Source: Podarcis filfolensis | Lineage: Eukaryota | Strand: one strand, 5' to 3' | DNA: 64,000 nt | Assembly: GCA_964270895.1 (NCBI GenBank) | Contig: OZ185440.1 | Shown: in pieces, positions 62,612 to 64,000 of the stretch | How positions within the stretch are numbered: position 1 is the stretch's first letter | Layout: the number at the start of each line of letters is the position of its first letter | The notes under the pieces: generated by a model | The model's database searches: none | Told to the model about the DNA's origin: nothing | What the model saw: only the letters and a program-made list of their open reading frames with translations | Made by a program: the position numbers and the translations under genes

Positions 62612-63784
62612 AAAAGTCTGTCTGTTGCTGTCTGATGCTAAACCATTAAGGGATCCTGCACCATACATTCCTGCCTGGAAGAATTTTGATGGAAGAAGAT
62701 AACTTACTCTTCCTATTGCTCCAGGACTCCACCCTGCAAACACGAATACAGCACAAAGTGTACTTTGGCATGTGCTGAACATTCAATACATGCGGAATAA
62801 TCACCAGTCATCAAGCACAATCAAAACCTATTTATCTGGGAATAGGGAGGAAGGGAGAGCATCCCAGCTTGATGTGCATGATTTCTCATATCTCTTTTTA
62901 GAAATGAAACTGGGGACCAAATGGGGAGGGGATTGGGATGGGCAAGGAGGACCTCCCCAGAAACAGGGGAGGAAAGTGAAAGAGTAACAGGCTAGATCAG
63001 TAGTTCCCAAACTGTGGTCTACAGAGCACCAGTAATCTCCGAGCATCATTCAGGTGGTCTGCAGCTTGTCTGTGAATAATGGCAGAAGCAGGAGCTGTGA
63101 ATTTCAGGCACAGTGGCTGCTCTGTTGTTCTTGGGACCTAGCAGTCCTCCCAGACAGACTCAACAGGCACATCCATTGTGTTTAATATCCATACCGATTT
63201 GTTGTTGTATTCTTATTGCTTCTTCTGTTTCTTATATATTGTATATTATGGTCTTACAATTTGAATTCCATATTCAAATGGAAAATTCAAATTGTGATAC
63301 AATAAAATGCAGTATGTAAGAAATAAAGAGAGCGATAATTAAAAAAAATACAATCTATGACAAATAAAAGAAGCTATAAAAATTAGAAATCATCCATCGC
63401 AGAAATTGCTATAACAGGCAGTTTGGGAATCACTGGACTAGATATATTGGAGAATCCAGAAGAAGGAAAATCAGGGTGGTAGAAGGTTATGGCTCAGAAA
63501 AGGTAACTGGACAGAAAGGCTAGAAAAGTAAGTTATATTTATGAGTAGGTCTTGAGAAGAAACATGATTTTGGCAGCAGTATTTCTGGAGGGAGGGGGAC
63601 TATAGCTTGGGGTGCAATGCAGCAAGCATGATCTTTAGGGACAGCTAGGAAGGAAGACACAAGCCTTCATCCCAATTAGCCCTTTCCCCCCTGCCCTTGC
63701 CAATTCTTTGCCCTTACTGTGAACCAAAACCCATCTGTAACCAAAGTTTCCACTGCTGCTTTGGCAGACAATGAAAAAAAGAAA

Positions 63785-63798
63785 TCCCCCCTAGTGGC
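63785..63798 (-). promoter_or_regulatory. CTCF-like motif
   Basis: Minus strand GCCACTAGGGGGGA; one core mismatch. Confidence 0.3.
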
Positions 63799-64000
63799 TA
63801 ATCGCCAGTCAGCAACAGCCAGAGAGAAACAGCGTCATTTCATTCCATAGTTGCGCTATTATTTATTAGTCGTATTAGTATTATACTGCACCTTTTAAGA
63901 TAACTCCTTACAAGGCAGATTACAAAATTTGTAAGCAATGAAAACAGCATTATAATTGGTAAAAAATAATAATAAAGAAATAATATCATAATAAAATAAC

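Overview
Repeat-rich, mostly non-coding vertebrate nuclear DNA. It is most likely from a lacertid lizard (Podarcis/Lacerta type), inferred from three Sauria SINEs with (ACCTTT)n tails plus BovB, L1, L2, CR1 and Squam-type SINEs. No host gene could be identified. The long ORFs come from retrotransposons: an uninterrupted L1 ORF2 3' half at 27759-29141, a BovB fragment, and two RTE-X/I-like C-termini. Most other ORFs in the track are chance frames or microsatellite/palindrome artefacts. There are many MITEs with exact target-site duplications (TSDs), several nested insertions and a 160-N gap at 58379-58538. Possible host features are a conserved-looking promoter/mini-exon cluster at about 8.0-9.2 kb and a tentative two-exon minus-strand coding fragment at 29.6-30.6 kb. 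The most interesting signal is in two diverged, oppositely oriented LTR-like elements (21.2-22.0 kb and 61.9-62.6 kb). Both keep a hairpin with a U-rich internal loop, like the ENE RNA-stability element, upstream of AATAAA. Also notable is a CpG-rich array of about 125-bp units in alternating orientation at 10.7-11.1 kb; an L1 has inserted at a hairpin loop just downstream in the same element. Family names come from recalled consensus features, not database searches.
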